Shown: piece after piece, positions 22,607 to 34,362 of the stretch
Layout of the letters: each line of letters begins with the position of its first letter
How positions within the stretch are numbered: the first letter of the stretch is position 1
Source of the DNA: Escherichia coli
Lineage (GTDB): Bacteria > Pseudomonadota > Gammaproteobacteria > Enterobacterales > Enterobacteriaceae
Assembly (NCBI RefSeq): GCF_965641715.1
Contig: NZ_OZ282453.1
Length of the DNA stretch: 64,000 bases
Direction: 5' to 3' (one strand)
The notes under the pieces: model-generated
The model's input: the letters and a program-made list of their open reading frames with translations, nothing else
What the model was told of the DNA's origin: nothing
Database searches by the model: none
Made by a program: the position numbers and the translations under genes

Positions 22607-23182
22607 ATGACGCAACAAATCACCCTCATTAAAGACAAAATTCTCTCCGATAACTATTTCACCCTGCACAACATTACTTACGATCTCACGCGCAAAGATG
22701 GCGAAGTTATCCGCCATAAACGTGAAGTTTACGATCGCGGTAATGGTGCGACGATCCTCCTGTACAACGCGAAGAAAAAGACCGTGGTTCTGATTCGTCA
22801 GTTCCGTGTCGCTACCTGGGTTAATGGCAATGAAAGCGGGCAGCTGATTGAAACCTGCGCCGGGCTGCTGGATAACGACGAACCGGAAGTGTGCATTCGC
22901 AAAGAAGCGATTGAAGAGACGGGCTATGAAGTGGGTGAAGTGCGCAAATTATTTGAACTGTATATGTCGCCAGGCGGTGTGACTGAGCTAATCCACTTTT
23001 TTATCGCCGAATACAGTGACAATCAGCGCGCTAACGCCGGTGGCGGTGTCGAAGATGAAGATATTGAAGTGCTCGAGCTGCCGTTCAGCCAGGCGCTGGA
23101 GATGATCAAAACCGGCGAGATACGTGACGGTAAGACGGTGTTATTGCTTAACTATTTGCAAATGTCACATTTAATGGACTGA
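22607..23182 (+). CDS. nudK: GDP-mannose pyrophosphatase (Nudix)
   Basis: ORF 22580-23182; start at Met10 ([18 protein letters not shown]), 191 aa, Nudix box GLLD...EAIEETG. Confidence 0.9.
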   Translation: MTQQITLIKDKILSDNYFTLHNITYDLTRKDGEVIRHKREVYDRGNGATILLYNAKKKTVVLIRQFRVATWVNGNESGQLIETCAGLLDNDEPEVCIRKEAIEETGYEVGEVRKLFELYMSPGGVTELIHFFIAEYSDNQRANAGGGVEDEDIEVLELPFSQALEMIKTGEIRDGKTVLLLNYLQMSHLMD

Positions 23183-23307
23183 AAAATAACAATAATATTT
23201 CGTTGTTTATTGTTGGCTCAATCCGACAAATCCGATTGAGCCGCGCTACCTGCGCAACGAAGATACGACTTGTGCTGTTTGTTTGAACTTCTGGGGTCGT
23301 ACCGTCC

Positions 23308-24351
23308 ATGCGCTATCGCATTTTCCTTCTCTTTTTTTTCGCTTTGTTGCCGACGTCTTTGGTGTGGGCGGCACCAGCGCAACGGGCGTTTTCCGACTGG
23401 CAGGTCACCTGTAATAACCAAAACTTCTGCGTGGCGCGTAATACGGGCGATCATAATGGACTGGTGATGACCCTGAGCCGCAGCGCCGGGGCGCATACCG
23501 ATGCCGTTTTACGTATTGAGCGCGGCGGGTTGAAATCGCCGGATGCGTCTGAAGGGGAGATAGCGCCACGGCTGCTGTTAGATGGTGAGCCGTTGGCGTT
23601 AAGTGGTGACAAGTGGCGGATTTCACCATGGTTATTAGTAACCGATGATACGGCAACCATCACCGCGTTTTTGCAGATGATTCAGGAAGGGAAGGCGATC
23701 ACCTTACGCGACGGCAATCAGACCATTTCTCTGAGTGGCTTAAAAGCGGCGTTGTTGTTTATTGATGCTCAGCAAAAGCGCGTTGGCAGTGAAACCGCGT
23801 GGATAAAGAAAGGGGACGAACCGCCGCTCAGCGTACCGCCCGCGCCTGCGCTGAAAGAGGTCGCGGTGGTTAACCCAACGCCGACGCCACTCTCACTCGA
23901 AGAACGCAACGATTTGCTGGATTATGGAAACTGGCGGATGAATGGTCTGCGCTGCTCGCTTGATCCATTGCGTCGTGAGGTGAATGTCACTGCGCTGACT
24001 GATGATAAAGCGCTGATGATGATTAGCTGTGAGGCAGGGGCCTATAACACCATTGATTTGGCATGGATTGTGTCGCGTAAAAAGCCGCTGGCCTCGCGCC
24101 CGGTTCGGTTGCGTTTGCCGTTCAACAACGGTCAGGAGACGAATGAACTGGAACTGATGAACGCAACATTTGATGAGAAATCGCGTGAGCTGGTGACCTT
24201 AGCAAAAGGGCGCGGATTAAGCGATTGTGGCATTCAGGCGCGCTGGCGCTTTGACGGTCAGCGTTTTCGCCTGGTGCGTTACGCCGCAGAACCCACCTGC
24301 GATAACTGGCATGGGCCAGACGCCTGGCCCACGTTGTGGATCACCCGTTAA
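23308..24351 (+). CDS. ypfG: DUF1176 periplasmic protein YpfG
   Basis: 347 aa with signal peptide MRYRIFLLFFFALLPTSLVWA. Confidence 0.88.
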   Translation: MRYRIFLLFFFALLPTSLVWAAPAQRAFSDWQVTCNNQNFCVARNTGDHNGLVMTLSRSAGAHTDAVLRIERGGLKSPDASEGEIAPRLLLDGEPLALSGDKWRISPWLLVTDDTATITAFLQMIQEGKAITLRDGNQTISLSGLKAALLFIDAQQKRVGSETAWIKKGDEPPLSVPPAPALKEVAVVNPTPTPLSLEERNDLLDYGNWRMNGLRCSLDPLRREVNVTALTDDKALMMISCEAGAYNTIDLAWIVSRKKPLASRPVRLRLPFNNGQETNELELMNATFDEKSRELVTLAKGRGLSDCGIQARWRFDGQRFRLVRYAAEPTCDNWHGPDAWPTLWITR

Positions 24352-24365
24352 ACAAAATAGCGGGA

Positions 24366-24468
24366 CATGTAGGCCGGATAAGACGCTGTAGGCCGGATAA
24401 GACGCGTCAGCGTCGCATCCGGCAATCAGCATCCGGCAATCAGCGTCCGGCAATCAGCATCTGCCGGT
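24366..24468. repeat. BIME/REP cluster
   Basis: gtaggccggataagacg occurs twice, followed by repeated catccggcaatcag units. Confidence 0.85.
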
Positions 24469-24473
24469 CAGTA

Positions 24474-26477
24474 TCAGGCACCTTTTACTCCCAGCACCTT
24501 ATGCGCTTTTGCCACAATATTCTCGGCGGTAAAGCCAAAGAACGGGAACAGCTTATCCGCCGGAGCAGATTCCCCGTAACCCGTCATCCCGACAATTGCC
24601 CCTTTCAGACCAACATACTTGTACCAGTAATCGGCAATACCTGCTTCCACCGCCACGCGAGCCGCAACGTTAGAAGGCAACACCGACTCCCGATATTCCT
24701 CATCCTGGGCGTCGAAAATATCGGTCGAGGGCAGGGAAACTACGCGAACATTGCGACCCTCTCCCGCTAATTTCTCTGCCGCTTGCAGGGTGATTTCCAT
24801 CTCTGAACCGGTGGCAATCAGAATAATATCTGGCTTACCGCCGCTGTCTTTCAGCACATAACCGCCACGAGCAATCTCTTTAACCTGATCCGGCGTACGT
24901 TCCACCTGGGCCAGATTCTGCCTGGAGAGAATCAGTGCCGTCGGTCCGTTGTGGCGCTCAACCGCCAGCTTCCAGCCCACCGCCGCTTCCACCTGATCGC
25001 ACGGTCGCCAGGTGCTGAAATTTGGCGTTAAGCGCAGGCTGGCCAGTTGCTCAACAGCCTGGTGCGTCGGACCATCTTCGCCCAGACCAATTGAGTCGTG
25101 GGTATAAACCATAATCTGCCGCGCTTTCATCAGTGCCGCCATCCGCGCGGCGTTACGGGCGTATTCAACAAACATCAGGAACGTTGCGGTATACGGCACA
25201 AAGCCGCCGTGGTGCGCAATGCCATTGGCGATAGCGGTCATGCCAAATTCACGCACCCCGTAGTGAATGTAGTTGCCCGCCGGATCTTCCTTCAGCGAAA
25301 CAGAACCTTTCCAGATGGTCAGGTTGCTGGGAGCCAGATCCGCCGAACCGCCGAGCAGCTCCGGTAGCATCGGCCCGTAAGCGTTAAGCGTATTTTGCGA
25401 AGCCTTACGGGTAGCGATTTTCGCCGGATTCGCCTGCAACTCATTGATATATTTCTGAGTCGTTTTCTCCCAGTCCTTCGGTAAACCACCGCTCATCCGA
25501 CGGGTAAACTCTTCTGCCAGTTGCGGATGAGCCTTTTTATAGGCGGCAAACTTCTCATTCCAGCTCTGCTGCGCTTTTTCGCCTTTTTCGCGGGCATCCC
25601 AGGCGTGATAAATATCTTTAGGGATCTCAAATGGCGGATGGTGCCAGCCCAGTTTTTGCCGTGCCAGCGCCACTTCTTCTTCCCCCAGTGGTGCGCCGTG
25701 CGCCTCTTCCTTACCTGCTTTATTCGGCGAACCAAAGCCAATCACCGTACGGCAGATAATCAGCGACGGCTTATCTTTCACGCTTTGCGCTTCAAGGATC
25801 GCTTCCTTCACCGCCTGCGGATCGTGACCGTCGATTTCATGGATTACATGCCAGTGATAGGCTTCAAAACGTTTTGCCGTATCGTCGGTAAACCAGCCTT
25901 CGGTTTCTCCATCAATCGAAATACCGTTGTGATCGTAAAAACCAATCAGCTTGCCCAGTCCCAGCGTGCCCGCCAGCGAACAGACTTCGTGGGAAATACC
26001 TTCCATCAGGCAGCCGTCGCCCATAAACACATAGGTGAAGTGATCGACAATTTCATGATCCGGCTGGTTAAACTGCGCCGCCAGTGTACGCTCTGCTATC
26101 GCCAGTCCGACGGCGTTCGCCAAACCTTGTCCAAGTGGACCGGTGGTGGTTTCAACACCGGGCGTATAGCCGATTTCCGGGTGGCCAGGGGTTTTCGAAT
26201 GCAACTGACGGAAGTTCTTCAGTTCTTCCAGCGGCAGGTCGTAACCGGTCAGATGTAGCAAACTGTAGAGCAGCATCGACGCGTGACCGTTGGAAAGAAT
26301 AAAGCGGTCGCGATCATACCAGGTTGGGTCGGTAGGGTTATGTTTAAGAAAATCGTTCCACAGCACTTCTGCAATATCAGCCATGCCCATCGGCGCGCCG
26401 GGATGACCAGAATTGGCTTTTTGTACCGCATCCATACTGAGTGCGCGAATCGCATTGGCAAGGTCTTTTCGGGACAT
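24474..26477 (-). CDS. tktB: Transketolase 2
   Basis: ORF 24474-26540; start at Met22 ([27 protein letters not shown]), 667 aa. Confidence 0.95.
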   Translation of the reverse strand: MSRKDLANAIRALSMDAVQKANSGHPGAPMGMADIAEVLWNDFLKHNPTDPTWYDRDRFILSNGHASMLLYSLLHLTGYDLPLEELKNFRQLHSKTPGHPEIGYTPGVETTTGPLGQGLANAVGLAIAERTLAAQFNQPDHEIVDHFTYVFMGDGCLMEGISHEVCSLAGTLGLGKLIGFYDHNGISIDGETEGWFTDDTAKRFEAYHWHVIHEIDGHDPQAVKEAILEAQSVKDKPSLIICRTVIGFGSPNKAGKEEAHGAPLGEEEVALARQKLGWHHPPFEIPKDIYHAWDAREKGEKAQQSWNEKFAAYKKAHPQLAEEFTRRMSGGLPKDWEKTTQKYINELQANPAKIATRKASQNTLNAYGPMLPELLGGSADLAPSNLTIWKGSVSLKEDPAGNYIHYGVREFGMTAIANGIAHHGGFVPYTATFLMFVEYARNAARMAALMKARQIMVYTHDSIGLGEDGPTHQAVEQLASLRLTPNFSTWRPCDQVEAAVGWKLAVERHNGPTALILSRQNLAQVERTPDQVKEIARGGYVLKDSGGKPDIILIATGSEMEITLQAAEKLAGEGRNVRVVSLPSTDIFDAQDEEYRESVLPSNVAARVAVEAGIADYWYKYVGLKGAIVGMTGYGESAPADKLFPFFGFTAENIVAKAHKVLGVKGA

Positions 26478-26496
26478 ATAACACTCCGTGGCTGGT

Positions 26497-27447
26497 TTAT
26501 AGTTTGGCGGCAAGAAGATCTTCCAGTTTGCGTTGATCAACGGCGAACAGACGAATGCCTTCAGACAGTTTTTCTACCGCCATCGCATCCTGATTGTGCA
26601 CCCAACGGAACTCCGCTTCGCTCATGGGAGCTGGGCGTGGGAACGTCTGAGAAGGTGGGATTAATTTACGTACCACTGGCGAAACTTTTTCCTGCAGCTC
26701 CTTCAGCAAATTCGGTGCGATAGTCAGTCGATCGCAGCCGGTTAAGGCGAGGATTTGTTCGGTGCGACGGAAGCTCGCGCCCATCACAATGGTTTCATAG
26801 TGGTGTTGCTTATAGTAGTCGTAGATATTGCGCACCGATTTAACGCCCGGATCTTCTTCCACCACATACGGGTCCATCGGCTTGCGTGCCTGATACCAGT
26901 CATAAATACGCCCGACAAACGGCGAAATCAGAAAAACGCCTGCTTCTGCACAGGCCCGTGCCTGGGCAAAAGAAAACAGCAGCGTCAGGTTGCAGTTAAT
27001 ACCTTCTTTTTCCAGCTCTTCTGCCGCGCGAATTCCTTCCCAGGTCGAAGCCAGCTTGATCAGAATGCGTGATTTCTCAACGCCTTGTTGCTGATACAAG
27101 TCCACCAGATGGCGCGCCTTCTCAATACTCTTTTCTTTATCAAAAGAGAGGCGTGCATCAACTTCTGTTGACACGCGACCGGGTACGATTTTGAGGATTT
27201 CAGCACCGAAATTGACCGCCAGTTTGTCACACGCTGCGACCACCTGTTGTTCCTGGGTCTTGCCATTTTTTTTACCCCAGGCGATAGCATCGTCTATTAA
27301 ATGCTCATATTGTGATAATCCGGCAGCCTTGAGCAACAGCGAAGGATTGGTGGTGGCATCCTGGGGATGATAATGGCGAATGGACTCAATATCGCCGCTG
27401 TCTGCCACGACAGTGGTGAACTGTTTGATGCCGTCTAACTCGTTCAT
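26497..27447 (-). CDS. talA: Transaldolase A
   Basis: 316 aa, [23 protein letters not shown]. Confidence 0.95.
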   Translation of the reverse strand: MNELDGIKQFTTVVADSGDIESIRHYHPQDATTNPSLLLKAAGLSQYEHLIDDAIAWGKKNGKTQEQQVVAACDKLAVNFGAEILKIVPGRVSTEVDARLSFDKEKSIEKARHLVDLYQQQGVEKSRILIKLASTWEGIRAAEELEKEGINCNLTLLFSFAQARACAEAGVFLISPFVGRIYDWYQARKPMDPYVVEEDPGVKSVRNIYDYYKQHHYETIVMGASFRRTEQILALTGCDRLTIAPNLLKELQEKVSPVVRKLIPPSQTFPRPAPMSEAEFRWVHNQDAMAVEKLSEGIRLFAVDQRKLEDLLAAKL

Positions 27448-27735
27448 AGGAAATACTCCTTGAAAAGTAAAGTGTTAGATGAGTGCGTTAATTCACACTT
27501 CTGAGAAATTTCGCTAAACGCATCAAAAAAGCATAGCAGACAGGCATGGTATTGCTGGATTAAGCAGGTAACATCAGTGTTATAGGATTATTACCAAAAC
27601 ATTATATTAATGGTGAGAGTTTGGACTTGCTCAAAGTCTGTAGACTCCGGCAAGGTAATAATGTGCGCCACGTTGTGGGCAGGGGCTGTTGCCCACACAC
27701 TTTATTTGTGAACGTTACGTGAAAGGAACAACCAA

Positions 27736-30015
27736 ATGGATGACCAGTTAAAACAAAGTGCACTTGATTTCCATGAATTTCCAGTTCCAGGGAAAATCCA
27801 GGTTTCTCCAACCAAGCCTCTGGCAACGCAGCGCGATCTGGCGCTGGCCTACTCACCAGGCGTTGCCGCACCTTGTCTTGAAATCGAAAAAGACCCGTTA
27901 AAAGCCTACAAATATACCGCGCGCGGTAACCTGGTGGCGGTGATCTCTAACGGTACGGCGGTGCTGGGGTTAGGCAACATTGGCGCGCTGGCAGGCAAAC
28001 CGGTGATGGAAGGCAAGGGCGTTCTGTTTAAGAAATTCGCCGGGATTGATGTATTTGACATTGAAGTTGACGAACTCGACCCGGACAAATTTATTGAAGT
28101 TGTCGCTGCGCTCGAACCGACCTTCGGCGGAATCAACCTCGAAGACATTAAAGCGCCAGAATGTTTCTATATTGAACAGAAACTGCGCGAGCGGATGAAT
28201 ATTCCGGTATTCCACGACGATCAGCACGGCACGGCAATCATCAGCACTGCCGCCATCCTCAACGGCTTGCGCGTGGTGGAGAAAAACATCTCCGACGTGC
28301 GGATGGTGGTTTCCGGCGCGGGTGCCGCAGCAATCGCCTGTATGAACCTGCTGGTAGCGCTGGGTCTGCAAAAACATAACATCGTGGTTTGCGATTCAAA
28401 AGGCGTTATCTATCAGGGCCGTGAGCTAAACATGGCGGAAACCAAAGCCGCATATGCGGTGGTGGATGACGGCAAACGTACCCTAGATGATGTGATTGAA
28501 GGCGCGGATATTTTCCTCGGCTGTTCCGGCCCGAAAGTGCTGACCCAGGAAATGGTGAAGAAAATGGCTCGTGCGCCAATGATCCTGGCGCTGGCGAACC
28601 CGGAACCGGAAATTCTGCCGCCGCTGGCGAAAGAAGTGCGTCCGGATGCCATCATTTGCACCGGTCGTTCTGACTACCCGAACCAGGTGAACAACGTCCT
28701 TTGCTTCCCGTTTATCTTCCGTGGCGCGCTGGACGTTGGCGCAACGGCTATCAATGAAGAGATGAAACTGGCGGCGGTACGCGCGATTGCAGAACTGGCC
28801 CATGCGGAACAGAGCGAAGTGGTGGCTTCAGCGTATGGCGATCAGGATCTGAGCTTTGGTCCGGAATACATCATTCCAAAACCGTTTGATCCGCGCTTGA
28901 TCGTTAAGATCGCTCCTGCGGTCGCGAAAGCGGCGATGGAGTCGGGCGTGGCGACGCGTCCGATTGCTGATTTCGACGTCTACATCGACAAGCTGACTGA
29001 GTTCGTTTACAAAACCAACCTGTTTATGAAGCCGATTTTCTCCCAGGCTCGCAAAGCGCCGAAGCGCGTAGTTCTGCCGGAAGGGGAAGAGGCGCGCGTT
29101 CTGCATGCCACTCAGGAACTGGTAACGCTGGGACTGGCGAAACCGATCCTTATCGGTCGTCCGAACGTGATCGAAATGCGCATTCAGAAACTGGGCTTGC
29201 AGATCAAATCGGGCGTTGATTTTGAGATCGTCAATAACGAATCCGATCCGCGCTTTAAAGAGTACTGGACCGAATACTTCCAGATCATGAAGCGTCGCGG
29301 TGTCACTCAGGAACAGGCGCAGCGTGCGCTGATCAGTAACCCGACAGTGATCGGCGCGATCATGGTTCAGCGTGGGGAAGCCGATGCAATGATCTGCGGT
29401 ACGGTGGGCGATTATCATGAACATTTTAGCGTGGTGAAAAATGTCTTTGGTTATCGCGATGGCGTTCACACCGCAGGTGCAATGAACGCGCTGCTGCTGC
29501 CGAGTGGTAACACCTTTATTGCCGATACATATGTTAATGATGAACCGGATGCAGAAGAGCTGGCGGAGATCACCTTGATGGCGGCAGAAACTGTCCGTCG
29601 TTTTGGTATTGAGCCGCGCGTTGCTCTGTTGTCGCACTCCAACTTTGGTTCTTCTGACTGCCCGTCGTCGAGCAAAATGCGTCAGGCGCTGGAACTGGTC
29701 AGGGAACGTGCGCCAGAACTGATGATTGATGGTGAAATGCACGGCGATGCAGCGCTGGTGGAAGCGATTCGCAACGACCGTATGCCGGACAGCCCTTTGA
29801 AAGGTTCCGCCAATATTCTGGTAATGCCAAACATGGAAGCTGCCCGCATTAGTTACAACTTACTGCGCGTTTCCAGCTCGGAAGGTGTGACTGTCGGTCC
29901 GGTGCTGATGGGCGTGGCGAAACCGGTTCACGTGTTAACGCCGATCGCATCGGTACGTCGTATCGTCAACATGGTGGCGCTGGCCGTGGTTGAAGCGCAA
30001 ACCCAACCGCTGTAA
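27736..30015 (+). CDS. maeB: NADP-dependent malic enzyme (malic enzyme + PTA-like domain)
   Basis: 759 aa, [23 protein letters not shown]. Confidence 0.96.
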   Translation: MDDQLKQSALDFHEFPVPGKIQVSPTKPLATQRDLALAYSPGVAAPCLEIEKDPLKAYKYTARGNLVAVISNGTAVLGLGNIGALAGKPVMEGKGVLFKKFAGIDVFDIEVDELDPDKFIEVVAALEPTFGGINLEDIKAPECFYIEQKLRERMNIPVFHDDQHGTAIISTAAILNGLRVVEKNISDVRMVVSGAGAAAIACMNLLVALGLQKHNIVVCDSKGVIYQGRELNMAETKAAYAVVDDGKRTLDDVIEGADIFLGCSGPKVLTQEMVKKMARAPMILALANPEPEILPPLAKEVRPDAIICTGRSDYPNQVNNVLCFPFIFRGALDVGATAINEEMKLAAVRAIAELAHAEQSEVVASAYGDQDLSFGPEYIIPKPFDPRLIVKIAPAVAKAAMESGVATRPIADFDVYIDKLTEFVYKTNLFMKPIFSQARKAPKRVVLPEGEEARVLHATQELVTLGLAKPILIGRPNVIEMRIQKLGLQIKSGVDFEIVNNESDPRFKEYWTEYFQIMKRRGVTQEQAQRALISNPTVIGAIMVQRGEADAMICGTVGDYHEHFSVVKNVFGYRDGVHTAGAMNALLLPSGNTFIADTYVNDEPDAEELAEITLMAAETVRRFGIEPRVALLSHSNFGSSDCPSSSKMRQALELVRERAPELMIDGEMHGDAALVEAIRNDRMPDSPLKGSANILVMPNMEAARISYNLLRVSSSEGVTVGPVLMGVAKPVHVLTPIASVRRIVNMVALAVVEAQTQPL

Positions 30016-30032
30016 TTCTTTTTTAACTCTCA

Positions 30033-30066
30033 CGCTTACCCTGAATATTCAGGGTAAGCGGTTTGG
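30033..30066 (+). terminator. maeB terminator
   Basis: cgcttaccctgaa-ta-ttcagggtaagcg is a perfect 13-bp stem, followed by gtttgg. Confidence 0.7.
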
Positions 30067-30308
30067 CTGCAATATATTAGTAAAGCTTATTACTGAGTTT
30101 GCGAATAATAAAAAAAAGCAGTCTATATAATATCTCGATATTATTTTATTTATATTCATGCGTTGCATATGAAAGTTTATGCACCACAGCGAATATCTCT
30201 CCATTCTTAGTGATCTACCTCACCTTTTAAACGCGCTTGCCGAATTTTGTTATTTACTCTGACGAAAAATTGTCACGATACACGAAAGTTTTTCACAGGC
30301 GGCGACTC

Positions 30309-30644
30309 ATGGATAAAGAACGCATCATTCAGGAATTTGTGCCCGGTAAACAAGTCACACTGGCGCATCTCATCGCGCATCCCGGCGAGGAACTGGCGAA
30401 GAAAATCGGCGTTCCGGATGCGGGCGCAATTGGCATTATGACGCTAACTCCTGGCGAAACGGCGATGATCGCCGGTGATTTAGCATTGAAAGCCGCTGAT
30501 GTGCATATCGGTTTTCTCGACCGTTTTAGCGGCGCGCTGGTGATTTATGGCTCGGTGGGTGCAGTAGAAGAAGCGTTATCACAAACCGTCAGTGGTTTAG
30601 GTCGCTTATTAAATTATACGCTTTGTGAAATGACCAAAAGTTAA
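30309..30644 (+). CDS. eutS: Ethanolamine microcompartment shell protein EutS (circularly permuted BMC domain)
   Basis: ORF 30237-30644; start at Met25 ([23 protein letters not shown]), 111 aa. Confidence 0.9.
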
Positions 30645-30656
30645 TACGAGGCATTC

Positions 30657-31136
30657 ATGAAACGAATTGCGTTTGTGGGTACCGTCGGGGCAGGGAAAAC
30701 AACGTTATTTAATGCGTTGCAGGGGAATTATACCCTCGCCAGAAAAACACAGGCCGTGGAATTTAATGATAAGGGCGATATTGATACGCCGGGTGAATAT
30801 TTTAGCCATCCCCGCTGGTATCACGCCTTAATTACCACGCTACAGGATGTGGACATGCTGATCTATGTCCACGGCGCGAATGACCCGGAAAGTCGGTTGC
30901 CTGCCGGGTTGCTGGATATTGGCGTCAGCAAACGGCAAATCGCCGTCATCAGTAAAACGGACATGCCAGATGCTGACGTCGCCGCAACGCGAAAGTTATT
31001 GCTTGAGACTGGCTTCGAAGAGCCAATTTTCGAGCTAAACAGCCACGACCCGCAAAGCGTGCAGCAACTGGTGGATTATCTGGCATCTCTCACCAAACAG
31101 GAGGAAGCAGGTGAAAAAACTCATCACAGCGAATGA
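30657..31136 (+). CDS. eutP: EutP GTPase/acetate-kinase-like protein
   Basis: 159 aa, P-loop GTVGAGKTT. Confidence 0.92.
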   Translation: MKRIAFVGTVGAGKTTLFNALQGNYTLARKTQAVEFNDKGDIDTPGEYFSHPRWYHALITTLQDVDMLIYVHGANDPESRLPAGLLDIGVSKRQIAVISKTDMPDADVAATRKLLLETGFEEPIFELNSHDPQSVQQLVDYLASLTKQEEAGEKTHHSE

Positions 31137-31812
31137 TATTCGTGAAGCACACGCGCGCGGCGAACAGGCAATGTCCGTGGTTCTGCGCGCCAGCATTATT
31201 ACCCCGGAAGCCCGTGAAGTGGCGGATCTACTGGGTTTTACCATCACCGAATGTGATGAATCGATCCCGGTAACGGCGTCCGTGCCCGCCAGCGTGCCAG
31301 CCGATAAAACCGAAAGTCAGCGCATCCGCGAAACCATCATTGCCCAGCTGCCGGAAGGCCAGTTTACCGAAAGCCTGGTCGCGCAGTTGATGGAAAAAGT
31401 GATGAAGGAAAAACAGTCGCTGGAGCAGGGTGCAATGCAGCCGAGCTTCAAATCGGTGACCGGCAAAGGCGGCATCAAAGTGATTGATGGCAGCAGCGTC
31501 AAGTTTGGTCGTTTCGACGGCGCAGAGCCGCATTGCGTGGGCTTAACTGACCTTGTGACCGGAGACGACGGCAGCAGCATGGCCGCTGGTTTTATGCAGT
31601 GGGAGAACGCATTCTTCCCGTGGCCCCTGAACTACGACGAAATCGACATGGTGCTGGAAGGGGAGCTGCATGTTCGCCACGCAGGCGAAACCATGATCGC
31701 TAAAGCAGGCGACGTGATGTTTATCCCGAAAGGCTCCAGCATCGAATTTGGTACGACATCCAGCGTGAAATTCCTGTATGTCGCCTGGCCGGCTAACTGG
31801 CAATCCCTATGA
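31111..31812 (+). CDS. eutQ: EutQ cupin-domain protein
   Basis: 233 aa, GTG start, overlaps the eutP 3' end. Confidence 0.9.
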   Translation: MKKLITANDIREAHARGEQAMSVVLRASIITPEAREVADLLGFTITECDESIPVTASVPASVPADKTESQRIRETIIAQLPEGQFTESLVAQLMEKVMKEKQSLEQGAMQPSFKSVTGKGGIKVIDGSSVKFGRFDGAEPHCVGLTDLVTGDDGSSMAAGFMQWENAFFPWPLNYDEIDMVLEGELHVRHAGETMIAKAGDVMFIPKGSSIEFGTTSSVKFLYVAWPANWQSL

Positions 31813-32612
31813 AAGATTTCATCACCGAAGCATGGCTAAGAGCGAACCATACGCTCAGCGAAGGCGCAGAGATCCATCTCCCTGCGGACAGTCGCCTGAC
31901 GCCCTCTGCCCGGGAGTTGCTGGAAAGCCGCCATCTGCGCATCAAGTTTATTGACGAGCAGGGCCGCCTGTTTGTTGACGATGAACAGCAGCAGCCGCAG
32001 CCCGTTCATGGGCTGACCAGTAGCGATGAACATCCGCAGGCGTGCTGCGAACTGTGCCGCCAGCCGGTGGCAAAAAAGCCGGACACGCTGACTCACCTGT
32101 CGGCGGAAAAAATGGTCGCCAAAAGCGATCCGCGTCTGGGTTTTCGCGCGGTTCTCGACAGCACCATTGCGCTGGCAGTGTGGCTGCAAATTGAACTGGC
32201 GGAACCGTGGCAGCCGTGGCTTGCGGATATCCGTTCGCGTCTTGGCAACATTATGCGTGCCGATGCGCTGGGGGAACCGCTGGGCGATCAAGCGATTGTC
32301 GGGCTTTCTGACGAAGATCTGCATCGGCTTTCTCATCAGCCGCTGCGCTATCTCGGCCACGATCATCTGGTGCCGGAAGCCAGCCACGGGCGCGATGCTG
32401 CGTTGCTCAATCTGCTACGCACCAAAGTGCGGGAAACCGAAACCGTAGCGGCGCAGGTGTTTATCACCCGCAGCTTTGAAGTATTACGCCCGGACATCTT
32501 GCAGGCGCTGAACCGCCTTTCGAGCACGGTCTACGTGATGATGATCCTGAGCGTAACGAAGCCGCCGCTAACGGTGAAGCAGATCCAACAACGACTGGGG
32601 GAAACGCAATGA
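31809..32612 (+). CDS. eutT: Ethanolamine-utilisation cob(I)alamin adenosyltransferase
   Basis: 267 aa; ATGA overlaps with both neighbours. Confidence 0.92.
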   Translation: MKDFITEAWLRANHTLSEGAEIHLPADSRLTPSARELLESRHLRIKFIDEQGRLFVDDEQQQPQPVHGLTSSDEHPQACCELCRQPVAKKPDTLTHLSAEKMVAKSDPRLGFRAVLDSTIALAVWLQIELAEPWQPWLADIRSRLGNIMRADALGEPLGDQAIVGLSDEDLHRLSHQPLRYLGHDHLVPEASHGRDAALLNLLRTKVRETETVAAQVFITRSFEVLRPDILQALNRLSSTVYVMMILSVTKPPLTVKQIQQRLGETQ

Positions 32613-33625
32613 TTATTGAACGTTGTCGTGAACTGGCGTTGCGAGCGCCCGCCAGGGTGGTTTTTCCGGATGCGTTAGATCAACGTGTGCTGAAAGCTGC
32701 GCAATATTTACATCAACAAGGTCTGGCAACGCCCATTCTGGTCGCCAATCCGTTTGAACTTCGTCAGTTTGCGCTCAGTCACGGCGTGGCGATGGACGGG
32801 CTACAGGTGATTGATCCGCATGGCAACCTCGCAATGCGGGAAGAATTTGCTCATCGCTGGCTGGCCCGCGCGGGCGAAAAAACGCCGCCGGATGCGCTGG
32901 AAAAACTTACCGATCCGCTGATGTTCGCCGCCGCAATGGTCAGCGCCGGTAAAGCGGATGTCTGTATCGCGGGCAACCTCTCTTCCACGGCGAATGTGCT
33001 GCGTGCCGGATTACGCATTATCGGCTTGCAGCCAGGCTGTAAAACGCTCTCTTCCATTTTCCTGATGCTGCCACAGTACAGCGGTCCGGCGTTGGGTTTT
33101 GCGGATTGCAGCGTGGTGCCACAGCCGACGGCGGCGCAGCTGGCGGATATCGCACTTGCCAGCGCTGAAACCTGGCGCACCATCACCGGAGAAGAGCCGC
33201 GCGTGGCGATGTTGTCGTTTTCCAGCAACGGTAGCGCCCGTCACCCCTGCGTTGCCAATGTCCAGCAGGCGACAGAAATCGTCCGTGAGCGCGCACCAAA
33301 GCTGGTAGTCGATGGCGAGTTGCAGTTTGACGCCGCCTTCGTGCCGGAAGTGGCGGCGCAAAAAGCGCCTGCCAGCCCGCTACAGGGCAAGGCCAATGTG
33401 ATGGTTTTTCCGTCGCTGGAAGCCGGAAATATTGGCTACAAAATCGCACAACGACTCGGCGGATATCGTGCCGTCGGGCCATTGATACAAGGACTTGCCG
33501 CGCCGATGCACGATCTCTCTCGTGGTTGTAGCGTGCAGGAAATTATCGAGCTGGCGCTGGTGGCAGCTGTGCCGCGTCAGACAGAAATGAACCGCGAAAG
33601 CAGTTTACAAACACTGGTTGAATGA
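32609..33625 (+). CDS. eutD: Phosphotransacetylase of the eut pathway (EutD, also called EutI)
   Basis: 338 aa, PTA family ([24 protein letters not shown]). Confidence 0.93.
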   Translation: MIIERCRELALRAPARVVFPDALDQRVLKAAQYLHQQGLATPILVANPFELRQFALSHGVAMDGLQVIDPHGNLAMREEFAHRWLARAGEKTPPDALEKLTDPLMFAAAMVSAGKADVCIAGNLSSTANVLRAGLRIIGLQPGCKTLSSIFLMLPQYSGPALGFADCSVVPQPTAAQLADIALASAETWRTITGEEPRVAMLSFSSNGSARHPCVANVQQATEIVRERAPKLVVDGELQFDAAFVPEVAAQKAPASPLQGKANVMVFPSLEAGNIGYKIAQRLGGYRAVGPLIQGLAAPMHDLSRGCSVQEIIELALVAAVPRQTEMNRESSLQTLVE

Positions 33626-33663
33626 ACGGTCCCGTTCTGGACCCTGATAAAGAGGAAAGCACA

Positions 33664-33957
33664 ATGGAAGCATTAGGAATGATCGAAACCCGGGGCCTGG
33701 TTGCACTGATTGAGGCTTCTGACGCGATGGTGAAAGCTGCGCGCGTCAAGCTGGTTGGTGTTAAGCAGATTGGCGGCGGCCTGTGTACTGCCATGGTTCG
33801 TGGTGATGTTGCAGCCTGTAAAGCGGCGACCGATGCCGGTGCCGCAGCGGCACAGCGTATCGGCGAGCTGGTATCTGTACACGTTATCCCGCGTCCGCAC
33901 GGCGACCTGGAAGAAGTGTTCCCGATCGGCCTGAAAGGCGATAGCAGCAACCTGTAA
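33664..33957 (+). CDS. eutM: BMC-H shell protein EutM
   Basis: ORF 33622-33957; start at Met15 ([28 protein letters not shown]), 97 aa. Confidence 0.93.
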   Translation: MEALGMIETRGLVALIEASDAMVKAARVKLVGVKQIGGGLCTAMVRGDVAACKAATDAGAAAAQRIGELVSVHVIPRPHGDLEEVFPIGLKGDSSNL

Positions 33958-34063
33958 TCACCCTGTGTGACGTCGATTCGGGCGTCACGCTCTCTCATTT
34001 TTCATTTTACCTTCCGCGGAGGGTAGGGGGAGCTTTTACCTGAAATACGCCACGGAGGCGGGT

Positions 34064-34351
34064 ATGAAACTGGCAGTCGTCACTGGACAAATTGTTTGTA
34101 CCGTACGCCATCACGGACTGGCGCATGACAAATTGCTGATGGTGGAAATGATTGATCCACAAGGTAATCCTGACGGGCAATGTGCCGTCGCCATCGACAA
34201 TATTGGCGCGGGAACCGGGGAGTGGGTGTTGCTGGTGAGTGGCAGTTCCGCCCGCCAGGCGCATAAAAGCGAAACGTCACCGGTCGATCTGTGCGTGATT
34301 GGCATCGTCGATGAGGTGGTGTCTGGCGGTCAGGTAATTTTCCACAAATAA
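34064..34351 (+). CDS. eutN: BMC vertex (pentamer-type) protein EutN
   Basis: 95 aa, MKLAVVTGQIVCTVRHHGL. Confidence 0.93.
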   Translation: MKLAVVTGQIVCTVRHHGLAHDKLLMVEMIDPQGNPDGQCAVAIDNIGAGTGEWVLLVSGSSARQAHKSETSPVDLCVIGIVDEVVSGGQVIFHK

Positions 34352-34362
34352 GGCAGAACATC

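Noticed and set aside
24366-24468. Dense tandem repeats after ypfG as a possible novel repeat or CRISPR-like element.
   Set aside because: The sequence is the canonical E. coli REP/BIME family (gccggatAAGacg.../catccggca), seen at four other intergenic sites in this window.
30129-30142. Perfect palindrome AATATCTCGATATT in the AT-rich region upstream of eutS as a specific operator.
   Set aside because: It lies in the expected eut P1 promoter region, but I cannot tie it to a known EutR or CRP consensus from sequence alone. AT-rich palindromes of this size occur by chance.
33958-34063. 106-bp gap with a hairpin (gtgacg-N10-cgtcac) between eutM and eutN as a possible novel riboregulator.
   Set aside because: The stem is short and without flanking signals. 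The spacer appears to be part of the normal E. coli eut operon. There is nothing beyond an ordinary intercistronic stem-loop that I can support.
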